DNA of 64,000 nt from an uncultured Opitutales bacterium. Its GTDB lineage: Bacteria > Verrucomicrobiota > Verrucomicrobiia > Opitutales > T3Sed10-336. The translations under genes and the position numbers were made by a program. Positions within the stretch are counted from its first letter, which is position 1; the number at the start of each line of letters is the position of its first letter. The notes beneath the pieces are model-generated. The model had not been told where the DNA came from, did not search any database, and saw only the letters and a program-made list of their open reading frames with translations. Positions 43,373 through 53,249 of this stretch are shown piece after piece. The stretch lies in NCBI GenBank assembly GCA_964645585.1, contig CAZYAN010000009.1:18480-82479 (forward strand), written 5' to 3'.

Positions 43373-45127
43373 TTATCTTGCGGTTCCCGGCGAGGAACCA
43401 GGGCCGTTCAGCATTTGCTGCTGTTGCTCCGCGGCAAACGCCATTACTGCCTGGTACAGAGCCGCCACCGTCTCCGTCGGCACGGCCAAACCCGCCTCCG
43501 CCGCCCCGCCAGTCATCGATATGTTCGCCTTCACCGGCGCGAGCCGCCGATCCTTCAACTTCGCCAAAACTTCAGCGACTCCGGGAATGGGCACGGCGTC
43601 AATAAATCCTCCAAGGTAGCCGACCGGGTCGATTTCGGCCTTGACGAGATCGTTCTCCGAAAGCTGAAGCCGGGCGGCGAGATTGTTCTCAACCGGCTGA
43701 TCAAGCTTCACCGCTTCAATAATCCGGGTGATGTCATTGACGCTCGCCGCGTTTGCCAAATACCCGCCGACCACCGCGTAATACATGTCCTGCTGCTGCG
43801 TCCGAAGCAGCTCGGGCGCCGGCGCCTGGTCCTCATTCTTGTCCTCTCCCTCGGCGGTCGGCGCATCCGCCGCACCGGCAACCGGCATTTCCATCCGCAT
43901 GGCATGCACCGGCGTCCCTCCCGCGTCCAACTGATTCAACAGCAGCGTGTACTTGGGCAGCATCGCTTCCGCTTCACCGAGATCCTTCTGCAGTTCGCGC
44001 ATCAGCTCGACCGTTTCCTGGAGAAACCCAATCAGTTCTTCGTTGGTCAGGCTCGACGGCGCGAGACTCGACATCTTAACCTGAAAATCTTCGATTGATA
44101 AAACGCCTGCGGACCGCCCGTCGGTCGTGTCGAGCCACCGACGCGAGAGACTCTGGAAACCGGTCCAAATCTCCGGCGCTTTGCCCTTGATCGCCTCAGG
44201 CATCGCAGCCACCAGATGATCGATGTAACGGCGCGTCACGGCGACATCCATCCCGCCCAGGAAGCGAATGGCACCGTCCGCCGGAAGAAAACGGGCAAAG
44301 CCGAAATCGGCCGAGCGCTTCTGATTGAGAAACGCCGCCAGCTCAGACCCCGGTGCCGCCTGAATATAGAGCGCCTCCCGCAACGTCTCCGGCGAGAGGT
44401 CGACACCGATGCGGAGATCTTCGACGGCATCGATCTCCGTGGAAAGCGCCTGCAGCATCGGCTGGAGGAAGAGCTGTTCGACGCCGTTATCACCAGGCAT
44501 CACACGCAGCACTTCACGAAGCTTCCTCGCCACAGTCGCCCCCTTCAGCGCCAGCTCCACGTCGTACCGGCGCTCGCCGCGCATGAGCTCGATCAATTCC
44601 TCCTCGTGCCCGTCCACCAAAGTCGCCGATGCGTCCGCGGCCCACCCAAAGGTCCATCCGCCGGACTCCTTCAACTGGAGGTCCCAGGCCGGCAGCGATT
44701 GCCGCAATGGACTGGAATCCAGCAGTTTCATCACCCAAACGGCCTGAATATCCATGCCGCGCGCCACCAGAACCGCCCCCGCGTTCTCCCCCGGCGCAAA
44801 ACCGTCGAACATCGGATCGCCTAGCATCCCTCCAAGCATGGCCGTCAGCGAACTGGCCTGCGGGCCGGGCGCGATCCGCTGGGCCACCGCCGTGATCTTC
44901 GCGGAAAGTTCTTTCGGCGCCGGTCCCCGAATAACGCCCAGCACCTCGGCTGATCCCTGAGCGTTTTCCTGGGCGTCACCCGCGCCCGCATCGACCGGTG
45001 CCGCACGGCCCGCCAGAACCAGGGAAAGAAAAACTATCCCCGGAACGGATGCCTTGACGGCTTTCCAAACGGGCCGCGAAAAAGCAGCGAGAAAACATGA
45101 GTAGAAGCGGACCGGATCATTTTTCAT
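43373..45127 (-). CDS. hypothetical secreted/periplasmic protein
   Basis: 584-aa ORF with an N-terminal hydrophobic anchor (GIVFLSLVLAGRAAP) and coding-like composition. No family was recognised. Confidence 0.55.
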   Translation of the reverse strand: MKNDPVRFYSCFLAAFSRPVWKAVKASVPGIVFLSLVLAGRAAPVDAGAGDAQENAQGSAEVLGVIRGPAPKELSAKITAVAQRIAPGPQASSLTAMLGGMLGDPMFDGFAPGENAGAVLVARGMDIQAVWVMKLLDSSPLRQSLPAWDLQLKESGGWTFGWAADASATLVDGHEEELIELMRGERRYDVELALKGATVARKLREVLRVMPGDNGVEQLFLQPMLQALSTEIDAVEDLRIGVDLSPETLREALYIQAAPGSELAAFLNQKRSADFGFARFLPADGAIRFLGGMDVAVTRRYIDHLVAAMPEAIKGKAPEIWTGFQSLSRRWLDTTDGRSAGVLSIEDFQVKMSSLAPSSLTNEELIGFLQETVELMRELQKDLGEAEAMLPKYTLLLNQLDAGGTPVHAMRMEMPVAGAADAPTAEGEDKNEDQAPAPELLRTQQQDMYYAVVGGYLANAASVNDITRIIEAVKLDQPVENNLAARLQLSENDLVKAEIDPVGYLGGFIDAVPIPGVAEVLAKLKDRRLAPVKANISMTGGAAEAGLAVPTETVAALYQAVMAFAAEQQQQMLNGPGSSPGTAR

Positions 45128-45222
45128 GCCTATCGTTTACAGACACTTCGATCTCCTGTAAAATTGAAACGTCCCGCCGCGCGCTTTCTGGTTCTTCTCG
45201 ATGGCGGCGATCGGTGCCCGCA

Positions 45223-45930
45223 ATGAAACGTCTTGTTCAGCCGGAGATTCTCGACTCCCTCCCTCACGACCACCCCGAAGCAGCCGCCAACCGTCGCGAC
45301 CTCTTTTTAGTCAATTGGGTCATGGGCAACTTTCATTGGATTGGCTCAACGCTGAAACCGCTCCTTGCCAACGATGACCGGATCCTGGAGATCGGGGCGG
45401 GCGACGGACGGCTCGGACACTATTTGACGGCGACCGGGATCGGCGCGGAACATGGCGGATGCGGACTGGACCGCTGCCCCCGCCCTTCCCGATGGCCCGG
45501 ATACTGGGACTGGTTCCAGGACGACATTCGCACCTTCACCGATTATGACTCCTTCACCGTCCTTCTCGCGAATCTCATCCTCCACCAATTCGATGATGAA
45601 ACACTCAGATCGCTCGGCAGACGCATTTCACAATCCCGAATCCGCCTGGTCATCGCGAACGAGCCGGCTCGGCGCCGGATTCACCAAACCCAATTTCAAT
45701 TTCTTCGCCTATTCGGCCTCCACCCAATCAGCCGTCACGACGGACATGTCAGCATACATGCCGGCTTCCTCGGGAACGAGCTGCCCGATCGTCTTGAATT
45801 ATTGGGTACGGATTGGCAAGTTTCCGTTGGAACCACTTTCCTTGGCGGATACAGGATGATTGCGCGCCGGAGGGCCGACACGAGCGTGGACGCGCGGGGT
45901 CGGGCAAAGTCCGTACAGATGCTGCCGTGA
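45223..45930 (+). CDS. class I SAM-dependent methyltransferase (first gene of the type III PKS cluster)
   Basis: SAM motif I is RILEIGAGDGRLGHYL. I prefer the ATG at 45223 (MKRLVQPEILD...) over the track start 45097, which overlaps the convergent upstream gene. Confidence 0.7.
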   Translation: MKRLVQPEILDSLPHDHPEAAANRRDLFLVNWVMGNFHWIGSTLKPLLANDDRILEIGAGDGRLGHYLTATGIGAEHGGCGLDRCPRPSRWPGYWDWFQDDIRTFTDYDSFTVLLANLILHQFDDETLRSLGRRISQSRIRLVIANEPARRRIHQTQFQFLRLFGLHPISRHDGHVSIHAGFLGNELPDRLELLGTDWQVSVGTTFLGGYRMIARRRADTSVDARGRAKSVQMLP

Positions 45931-46952
45931 AACCGCTCCGCATCATCGGCGGCGGTCCCGCCGGACTCTCTCTCGGAATCGCTCTGCGAAACGCGCGTGT
46001 TCCGGTCACCGTCATCGAGGCCTTTCACTACCCGCGTCACCGCGTGTGCGGAGAATTCGTCAGCGGCGCCGGCATACGGTCCCTCGCCGACCTCGGTATC
46101 AAAAAACTGCTTACAGGCGCATCCGTCAACCGGACAACCGCCTGGTTCGCCGGCAACCGGCTCGTTCTGGCGCGCCCCCTGCCGGAACCGGCGATCGGCT
46201 TATCCCGCTTCGAACTCGACCGGCGGCTCGCGAAACAGTTCATCGCAGCCGGCGGCGATCTCCGAACCGGCCAGCGGATCAGCGAGTTCACGAGTCCGGC
46301 GGAATCGGCGACCGTCCTCGCTTGCGGCCGGCGAGCGGACGCGCGTTCCGGCTGGATCGGCCTGAAACTGCACTGCCGCGGCCTGCAAGTGGAACACGAC
46401 CTGACCATGCATTTCTGTTCCGGCGGCTATGTCGGGATTTCCCGGATCGAAAACGAAAGTTTCAATATCTGCGGTCTCTTCCGGCTCCGGCGGGAGATCG
46501 CTCCGGGCAAGGACAAGATGCTCACCGCCTACCTCAAGGCCGGCGGTCTCTCCGACCTCGCGGCCCGTCTCGACGCCGCGAGCATCGACCCGGCCTCGGT
46601 CACCGCGACAGCCAGATTGCGGTTTGCCTCCAACCCATGGCCGGAGGGTGTCGTTTGTATCGGTGATTCAAATACGGCGCTTCCCCCGTTCGCGGGAAAC
46701 GGAATCTCGATGGCATTTGAGAGCGCCGGGATTGCCTTCCCGCTCCTCCTGGGTTTCGCGAAAGGCGAGCGGCCATGGCCGGAGGTTCGCCGCTTGGCCC
46801 GTCAGCGGCTTCGCCGACACTTCCAGCGCCGTCTGCTTGCGGCGCGGCTCCTCCACCCGCTCCTCCTCCGGCCCCGGACCCTTCCCCCGCTCGCCTGGTC
46901 GCTCCACCGCGGAGCAATACCCTTTCCGCTCGCCTATCGAATGCTTCGCTGA
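45927..46952 (+). CDS. FAD-dependent oxidoreductase/monooxygenase (geranylgeranyl-reductase-like fold)
   Basis: The dinucleotide motif LRIIGGGPAGLSLGIAL follows directly after a GTG at 45927, which overlaps the methyltransferase stop (GTGA). The track ORF start at 45813 is an upstream extension in the same frame. Confidence 0.7.
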   Translation: MKPLRIIGGGPAGLSLGIALRNARVPVTVIEAFHYPRHRVCGEFVSGAGIRSLADLGIKKLLTGASVNRTTAWFAGNRLVLARPLPEPAIGLSRFELDRRLAKQFIAAGGDLRTGQRISEFTSPAESATVLACGRRADARSGWIGLKLHCRGLQVEHDLTMHFCSGGYVGISRIENESFNICGLFRLRREIAPGKDKMLTAYLKAGGLSDLAARLDAASIDPASVTATARLRFASNPWPEGVVCIGDSNTALPPFAGNGISMAFESAGIAFPLLLGFAKGERPWPEVRRLARQRLRRHFQRRLLAARLLHPLLLRPRTLPPLAWSLHRGAIPFPLAYRMLR

Positions 46953-46961
46953 TCCTTTGCC

Positions 46962-47993
46962 ATGTATTTACAATCCCTGACAACCGCCGTTCCGCCTCAC
47001 ACCTTCACCCAGCGAGACTGCTGGCACTTTGTCGAACGCTCACGTGCAGCAAGCACGCTCAAACCGCGTTCCCTCTCCTTGCTGCAAAAAGTCCTTCTCA
47101 GCGAAAACGGCATCGCCACGCGGCACTTCGCGATCAGCGATCTCGAGAACATTTTTGACTACCGCCCCGACGACCTCGCCCTGGCTTTTGAACGAGAAGC
47201 GCCCGCCCTGGCCGCCAACGCTCTGCGTCAGGCTCTCGATGAGGCAGAACTCGCTCCGAAGGCAATCGACGCGCTTTTCATCTGCACCTGCACCGGCTAT
47301 CTCTGCCCGGGGCTCAGCAGTCATGTCGCCGAATGCCTCGGTCTTCGAAGCGACTCGTTTTTGCAGGACGCAGTTGGCATCGGCTGCGGCGCGGCGATCC
47401 CGACGTTGCGAATGGTCAGCCATTTTCTTCAGGCCAATCCCGCCGCCACCGCCGCCTGCGTTGCCGTTGAGATCTGCTCGGCCGCGTTTTACCTCGACGA
47501 CGATCCAGGCGTCCTGATCAGCGCCTGCCTCTTTTCCGATGGGGCCGCGGCGAGCATTTGGACCGGACAGCGACAAGCCGACGAATTGCGGGCGTTTGCC
47601 TTCGATACGCTCCACTGGCCGGAACACCGCGAAATGCTTCGCTTCGAAGCGCGCAACGGCAAACTGCGCAATCGCCTGGCCAAAGCGGTTCCGGCGACCG
47701 CGGCAAAAGCCGTTAAAGCACTTTTCGACCGGCGCGGTCAGCAGCCGGTCGAAGCCGTCATCGCCCACCCGGGCGGGCGCGACGTGCTGATCTCCCTCGC
47801 GTCCGCGCTCCCCGAATACAGCTTGCCGGAGAGCGCGCGCGTTTTGCGGAATTACGGCAACATGAGCAGCCCGTCCGTGCTTTTTGCGCTGAAGGAACGC
47901 CTAAAGCAGACCCTTCCGCGCGACGATCTTTGGCTGGTCTCTTTTGGCGCCGGCTTCTCCTGCCACAGTTGCCGCCTCGGCCGCGGCGATTAG
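46962..47993 (+). CDS. type III polyketide synthase (chalcone/stilbene synthase family)
   Basis: 343 aa. The Cys-His-Asn triad contexts are FICTCTGYLCPG, IAHPGGRDVL and YGNMSSPSVLF, followed by FGAGFS. Confidence 0.9.
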   Translation: MYLQSLTTAVPPHTFTQRDCWHFVERSRAASTLKPRSLSLLQKVLLSENGIATRHFAISDLENIFDYRPDDLALAFEREAPALAANALRQALDEAELAPKAIDALFICTCTGYLCPGLSSHVAECLGLRSDSFLQDAVGIGCGAAIPTLRMVSHFLQANPAATAACVAVEICSAAFYLDDDPGVLISACLFSDGAAASIWTGQRQADELRAFAFDTLHWPEHREMLRFEARNGKLRNRLAKAVPATAAKAVKALFDRRGQQPVEAVIAHPGGRDVLISLASALPEYSLPESARVLRNYGNMSSPSVLFALKERLKQTLPRDDLWLVSFGAGFSCHSCRLGRGD

Positions 47994-48175
47994 GCCGGGA
48001 TCCCATGCGTGGAAGCGGCATCTTGCGCGGGTTATACGGATCAGCTGCTGGAAGCCGCCGCCACTTTCTGTTATTCTAGCGCCATTCGTGATTCCTCCGT
48101 GCGGTTAGCGAATCCGCCAAATGAATTCGTGTTTCATTCGTCCGCATTCATGGTTTACATGGATTCCAAAACATC

Positions 48176-48931
48176 ATGGCCAAACTCAATGATATTGTAA
48201 CGTGGTGCAACGAGCGCGTCCGCATCCCGGAGGTCGCCGACTTTCCAGGCGCGCACAACGGACTGCAGTTCGCCAACCGGGGCGAGGTCCGCAAGATCGG
48301 CGCGGCGGTCGACGCGGGTCTGCGTCCGTTCGAATTCGCGATGGAACGCGGGATCGATTTCCTGATCGTCCACCACGGCATGTTTTGGGATCCCTTCGTG
48401 CCGATTGCCGGGACGGCCTACGAAAAGGTTCGAAAGCTGCTCGAAGGCGACTGCGCGGTTTACAGTGCGCACCTTCCGCTCGATTTGCATCCGGAGATCG
48501 GCAACAACGTCCTGCTTGCCAAGAAAATCGGCCTTACACCCTCCGGCTCATTCCTCCCATTCGAAGGAAACGATGTCGGCGTCATCGCAACAGGACCGAT
48601 TTCGCGAAAGGAACTTTCCAAGCGGCTCCGAGAGGCATTTCCCGGCACATTCCGCGCGCTCGAATTCGGTGCATCCGAGCTGGAGAAGGTCGCCATCCTG
48701 ACCGGCAGCGGGCAGAGCGCGGTCGCCCATCTTCGCGCCGCCGGTGTCGATACGCTGATTACGGGCGAAGTAAAACAAAACACGTTCAACATCGCGCAGG
48801 AGCAGCAATTGAATGTGTATTTGTGCGGCCATTACAGGACAGAAACATTCGGCGTATGCGCGCTTGCCGGCGAAGTCGCGGAGCGCTTCGGCCTGCCGTG
48901 GGAATTTATCGAAACCGAATGTCCTCTGTAG
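48176..48931 (+). CDS. Nif3-like dinuclear metal centre protein
   Basis: 251 aa with DFLIVHHGMFW, a conserved C-terminal LITGEVK, and HYRTE. Confidence 0.8.
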   Translation: MAKLNDIVTWCNERVRIPEVADFPGAHNGLQFANRGEVRKIGAAVDAGLRPFEFAMERGIDFLIVHHGMFWDPFVPIAGTAYEKVRKLLEGDCAVYSAHLPLDLHPEIGNNVLLAKKIGLTPSGSFLPFEGNDVGVIATGPISRKELSKRLREAFPGTFRALEFGASELEKVAILTGSGQSAVAHLRAAGVDTLITGEVKQNTFNIAQEQQLNVYLCGHYRTETFGVCALAGEVAERFGLPWEFIETECPL

Positions 48932-49067
48932 GCTTGCACGGTGCTAACATAACAAAAAGGCGCAGCGGCTTCCAGCAGCTGATCCGCATACCAAACGGCA
49001 AGATGCCGCTTCCACGCTTCGCTCCCAAAACCGCCCGTTTCGTTCTATCCATCCCCTTGCCGATCTG

Positions 49068-50045
49068 ATGGCTTCTCACGTTGAACAAGAAATTCGGGCC
49101 GCCATCGCGGCGGCTGGCGGTGCGATTCCCTTCGCCGATTTCATGCGAATCGCGCTGTATCATCCGGAGCATGGCTATTACACCCAGCCTCGGCCGCGCG
49201 TCGGGTTCGGCGGTTCGACGGATTTTTTTACGGCGACATCGACCGGTCAGGTTTTTGGAGAACTGGTGGTCGAAGCGGCGCGGCGTCTGCTCGAGCCGGA
49301 CGATCCCGCTGATTTTTCCTTCGTCGAGATCGGCGCGGAGCCGGGCGTCAGCGTCCTTCCGTCCAACCATCCCTTTCGCGACAGCGCGGTACTGCGGCTC
49401 GGCGAATGTGTGCGGATTCCTGAACGCGCGATTGTCTTTTCAAACGAACTTTTCGACGCGCAGCCCTTCCACCGGCTGGTCGCGTCAGGCGGGACTTGGC
49501 GCGAGCTCGGCGTCACCTGGCGCGACGGTTTTGCTGAAGCTCTTCTTCCCGGGTTTTCGCCGCCAGTTCGATCGGTCGCCGCGCGGCTGCCTTCCGCGGC
49601 CGTCGAGGGGTATCATCTCGACCTGCCGATCAAAGCAGCGGAATTGGTTCGAACGTTGGCCAACCGTTCGGATTGGACGGGGCTGCTCCTCGTCTTTGAT
49701 TACGGAAAAACCTGGACGGAACTGATCGAAGCAACGCCGCAGGGGACCGCCCGCGCGTATCGCCGCCACCGGCAATCGAACGATTTGCTCGCGGATCCGG
49801 GAGAGCAGGATCTCACCTGCCACATTTGCTGGGACTGGATCGAAGAGGCCGCGCGGGAATGCGGTTTTCATTCGATCGCGCTCGAAAGTCAGGAAGCGTT
49901 TCTCGTCAAACGGGCGACGGCTGCCATCGAGACGATCATCACCGCCAATCCGGCGCGCTTCGATCCGCGAAGACAAACCCTGCAGCAACTGCTGCATCCG
50001 GGAAACATGGGACAGAAGTTTCAGGTCCTGTCCGCGCGCCGCTGA
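49068..50045 (+). CDS. MidA/NDUFAF7-family SAM-dependent methyltransferase (DUF185)
   Basis: 325 aa with FADFMRIALYHPEHGYY, FVEIGAEPG and VFSNELFDAQPFHRL. Confidence 0.75.
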   Translation: MASHVEQEIRAAIAAAGGAIPFADFMRIALYHPEHGYYTQPRPRVGFGGSTDFFTATSTGQVFGELVVEAARRLLEPDDPADFSFVEIGAEPGVSVLPSNHPFRDSAVLRLGECVRIPERAIVFSNELFDAQPFHRLVASGGTWRELGVTWRDGFAEALLPGFSPPVRSVAARLPSAAVEGYHLDLPIKAAELVRTLANRSDWTGLLLVFDYGKTWTELIEATPQGTARAYRRHRQSNDLLADPGEQDLTCHICWDWIEEAARECGFHSIALESQEAFLVKRATAAIETIITANPARFDPRRQTLQQLLHPGNMGQKFQVLSARR

Positions 50046-50166
50046 CTCCGTCCGAATCGGGAACACTTCCACTATCGAATATCCCGCAAACTTTGGAATA
50101 GCCACGGCGAGCCGGAATCGGCAGAAGTAACCATGACGCGGCCCGCCTTCGGGTCAGGCGCCATGG

Positions 50167-52659
50167 ATGCCCATGATTACGACCGACGACGAAACTTCCC
50201 CTTCCACGACAGCGGAGCCGCGAGTCGAGCGCCGCTTGCGATCAACGCCCTGGATCGGTGCGATCAGCCTGACGGTCCTGGCGGCCGCGACTATCGTCTC
50301 GCTCGATGCTCCGCTCGGGACAGCGGTTTACGGCCCGCCCCTGTTTCCCGCCGCGGCCGTCGCGTTCGCTTTGGTTGCCGTGACCGCGATTGTCGTTCTC
50401 GCCGCTTCGGGAAAACGTCTTGCATCCCATCCGGCACGCTGGGCGGTATTTGCCTTGGCCGCAGTTCTTCTCGCTCTCATGGCAAGTCCGTATCGCGATC
50501 GCGCGGCATTCCCCTCGCTGGTGCTCCTGCTGCTGCCGGCCGCAACCTTTCTGATCGCCGCTTGGCTGTCAGGCGTGAAAAGTCCCGCCGCGAGCGCCCG
50601 CAATCTCTTCCGAGTCGCCGGTGCCGTCGGGATCGGCATCACCGTCTGGGGTCTGTGTAACTGGGCCATTGTTGACTTCGGCACGGAGACGGGGCTTGTG
50701 GATCAGCTCGCGGGAATAACCGGTCTTGAACTGACGTATCCATCTCTTCTTGACATTGAGAACCCGCATCCGTTCGGGCATAAGAATTTCGCGGCCGCGT
50801 TTGCCGTACTTCTTCTGCCGCTGCTCGCCGGACTCGTTGCCGCCGACCGAACGAAGATCCGTCCGATTTGGATCGCGGGCGTTCCGTTGACGCTCCTGTA
50901 TTTCGTCTCCGCTGAAAGCCGGGCCGGGTGGCTGGCGCTCGCGGCGATGATCGCTTTTGCTCTCATCCTTTGGCTGCCCAGGCTGCCGTCGAACCGCTGG
51001 AAATGGTCCTTGATCCCGCTGCTCGCCGTGATCGCGGCCATTCCGTTTCTCGCCAGCCCGCGACTGCGTGAAACGGCCGGACAGATTTTTGAAAAGGGAT
51101 CCTTGGCCTCGCTTGACCCGTACCGCTGGGAGATGGCTCAAGTCGGTCTCGCGGCGGGAAGCGCGCGGCCGCTTACCGGATCCGGTCCGGGGACCCTTCC
51201 GTTGGTTTCGCCCGAAACAGGGATTTCGGCGAATTACCCTGTAGTCTACCAAGTCCACTCCACGCCGCTGCAACTTTACGCGGAAACCGGTTTCGCCGGA
51301 CTTGCAGGCTTTTTGGTTCTCGCGGGGGCAATTGCCGCTGCTTGGTGGCGCTTGCGAAGAAGCGCGGCCGACGATGACTCGGAAGAAGCAATCTTGTTGT
51401 CCACTGCCGCGGCAGCCGCACTTGCCGGGTATGGCGTCTTTGCGCTGACCGATTACCAGCTCGATGTTCCGCTGATCGCGCTGCTGATCGCGGTTCCGGC
51501 GGGCACGATCCTCGGCTTGTCGCACGACGCCTCCCGCCGTGCTCCCGAACGATCAGTCACGCTCGTTCAGCGCTTCTGGATCGGCTTCGTCGGAGTCGTC
51601 ATTCTGCTTTCGCTTCCGCTGCTTTGGTGGAACGCGAACGGCGTACTCGCCCGCCGGCATCTCGCGCGGGCGACCGTTCATTTACAGGAAAAAGACGTCG
51701 AAAGCTTTTTTGAGGAAACCGAGCGCGCTCATCGCCGTGCGCCGACCGAACCGTTTTACTTGAACCAGGCCGCCAACGTATCGCTGATCGACGCCCTCCG
51801 CGCCGAGGACCCCGCGGAAAAGCAGCGACTCGCGCAGGCAGCCCGCGAAACGCTCGAGCGATCCCTGGAAATCGCCCCGGCGCAAGATGGCGTGCATTTC
51901 AACCTCGGAGTTGTCCTTGAAATTCTCGAACACCCGGCTGAAGCGCTGGAAACGTTCGAACGAGCGAGTGAACTCAACCCGCGCAAACGGTTTGCGCACT
52001 TCCTGCGCGGCCGCACCCTGCTGGCACTTGGACGGCCGGCGGAGGCGGCGGAGGCGTTCGCGGCGGAATTGCTCGTGAATCCCCAATCACTATTCCTTCC
52101 GCTTTGGCACGATCCGGAGATTGCCCCGCACCTGGAAGCACGTGACGAAGCATTCTTCCGGCGGATCTCGAAAAACCGATCCCAAAAAGCGCTTCGCACC
52201 GGATACCTTCTCCACTGGTGGCGGGGTGAACGCAGCCAGTTCGAGTTCGAAGGGGATCTGACCCAACAACCTGACGGGTTTCAAGTCATTGCGATGGCGA
52301 TAAGCGGAGAACCGGAGGACGCGATTGCCGCCGCGCCGGAGAGTCCGGAAGCGTTTCTCGTACGTGCCTGGCGGGAGCCCGAAGAGGCGGAACGCTGGCT
52401 GCGCGCGGGCTTCTTCAAGGCGGCCACGGCCGCCTACAGCCATAACAATCTCCACGCAATTGGTGATGCGCTGGACGAGGGAGAAACTTTTTCAGACGGA
52501 TTTCGCGCGCTTCTGACGGCTGCCGGACAGCCGGCCGAAGGCGTCCGCAACCTCCCGCGGGCCCCCGGCCTTTTCGAACGAAACCTCTACGGTCCATCCC
52601 TCTACGACGGCTTCGTCTACACCCGCCCAATCAGTCAAATTCTCCTGACTTGGGAATGA
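50167..52659 (+). CDS. O-antigen ligase (Wzy_C)-like polytopic membrane protein with a C-terminal TPR region
   Basis: 830 aa. The N-terminal ~470 aa are multi-TM, with the loop AESRAGWLALAAMIAF typical of O-antigen ligase/polymerase families. The C-terminal half has TPR-like helices (AEALETFERASELNPRKRFAHFLRGRTLLALGRPAEAAEAF). Confidence 0.7.
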   Translation: MPMITTDDETSPSTTAEPRVERRLRSTPWIGAISLTVLAAATIVSLDAPLGTAVYGPPLFPAAAVAFALVAVTAIVVLAASGKRLASHPARWAVFALAAVLLALMASPYRDRAAFPSLVLLLLPAATFLIAAWLSGVKSPAASARNLFRVAGAVGIGITVWGLCNWAIVDFGTETGLVDQLAGITGLELTYPSLLDIENPHPFGHKNFAAAFAVLLLPLLAGLVAADRTKIRPIWIAGVPLTLLYFVSAESRAGWLALAAMIAFALILWLPRLPSNRWKWSLIPLLAVIAAIPFLASPRLRETAGQIFEKGSLASLDPYRWEMAQVGLAAGSARPLTGSGPGTLPLVSPETGISANYPVVYQVHSTPLQLYAETGFAGLAGFLVLAGAIAAAWWRLRRSAADDDSEEAILLSTAAAAALAGYGVFALTDYQLDVPLIALLIAVPAGTILGLSHDASRRAPERSVTLVQRFWIGFVGVVILLSLPLLWWNANGVLARRHLARATVHLQEKDVESFFEETERAHRRAPTEPFYLNQAANVSLIDALRAEDPAEKQRLAQAARETLERSLEIAPAQDGVHFNLGVVLEILEHPAEALETFERASELNPRKRFAHFLRGRTLLALGRPAEAAEAFAAELLVNPQSLFLPLWHDPEIAPHLEARDEAFFRRISKNRSQKALRTGYLLHWWRGERSQFEFEGDLTQQPDGFQVIAMAISGEPEDAIAAAPESPEAFLVRAWREPEEAERWLRAGFFKAATAAYSHNNLHAIGDALDEGETFSDGFRALLTAAGQPAEGVRNLPRAPGLFERNLYGPSLYDGFVYTRPISQILLTWE

Positions 52660-52864
52660 GTCACAATGAAGAACCACGAATGGACACGACTACACACGAA
52701 TTTAATGATTTAGAAAACGGTGAGCCGGTATTGTTGTTCACCGATTAAGGAAGATGATCGTCAAAGGATCACCTGCTTGCCTCCTCATTCGGACTCCTTC
52801 GTGCCTATTCGTAATTAAGAGTCTTCTTCTTAACCACTGGAACTCACGTTACTGTCTTATCCAT

Positions 52865-53249
52865 TCAACGCAGATAGCGCTGATCGATCCGCTTGACCTG
52901 GGTGAATTGGCCGCGGAAAAGCGCGTCGACCAAAGCTTTGGTCTCCTCGGGGATTTTCTTTAGCGATTCTTCTAAAGAGGGCAAGTTGGCGTCGGCCGCA
53001 CCTCCCGCGTCACCCGCGAATTCAGGCGGTTCCGATTCGTCCCCGGGCGTTGCGGAAGCGGCGGCCGCAAACGCGCGCTCCCAATGCTCTTCGTCGTAAC
53101 CTTGGTCGTCCGTTTCAGGCAACGTATCTTCCTCGACGGATCGCGAAGGTTCCGCGTTCAGCGAGGAGGAAGCGGGAGAGGAAAAATCCGCCTTCGGAAC
53201 GGATGGCGCGGCAGACTCAGCTTGCGGCTCGGTCAGGACTTTTTTTTTT
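52865..53249 (-). CDS. dnaX: -1 frame continuation of dnaX (putative tau-specific C-terminal extension, ~128 aa)
   Basis: My hand translation of the -1 frame from the A-run gives [56 protein letters not shown]...[32 protein letters not shown] with no stop. The track ORF 52865..53122 is its 3' part and has no convincing independent start. Confidence 0.6.

Noticed and set aside
45097-45222. Upstream extensions of track ORFs: 45097 for the methyltransferase, 45813 for the flavoprotein, 58801 for the SPW protein, 55870 for the CrtI-like gene.
   Set aside because: The extensions overlap neighbouring genes or precede the first conserved motif. Internal starts (45223, 45927 GTG, 58912 with GGAGGA, 55906) fit the domain boundaries and the operon overlaps better.
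52760-52795. GGATCACCTGCTTGCCTCC resembles the 16S rRNA 3' end (GGATCACCTCCTT).
   Set aside because: It is an isolated short match with no flanking rRNA-like sequence, so I treat it as coincidental.
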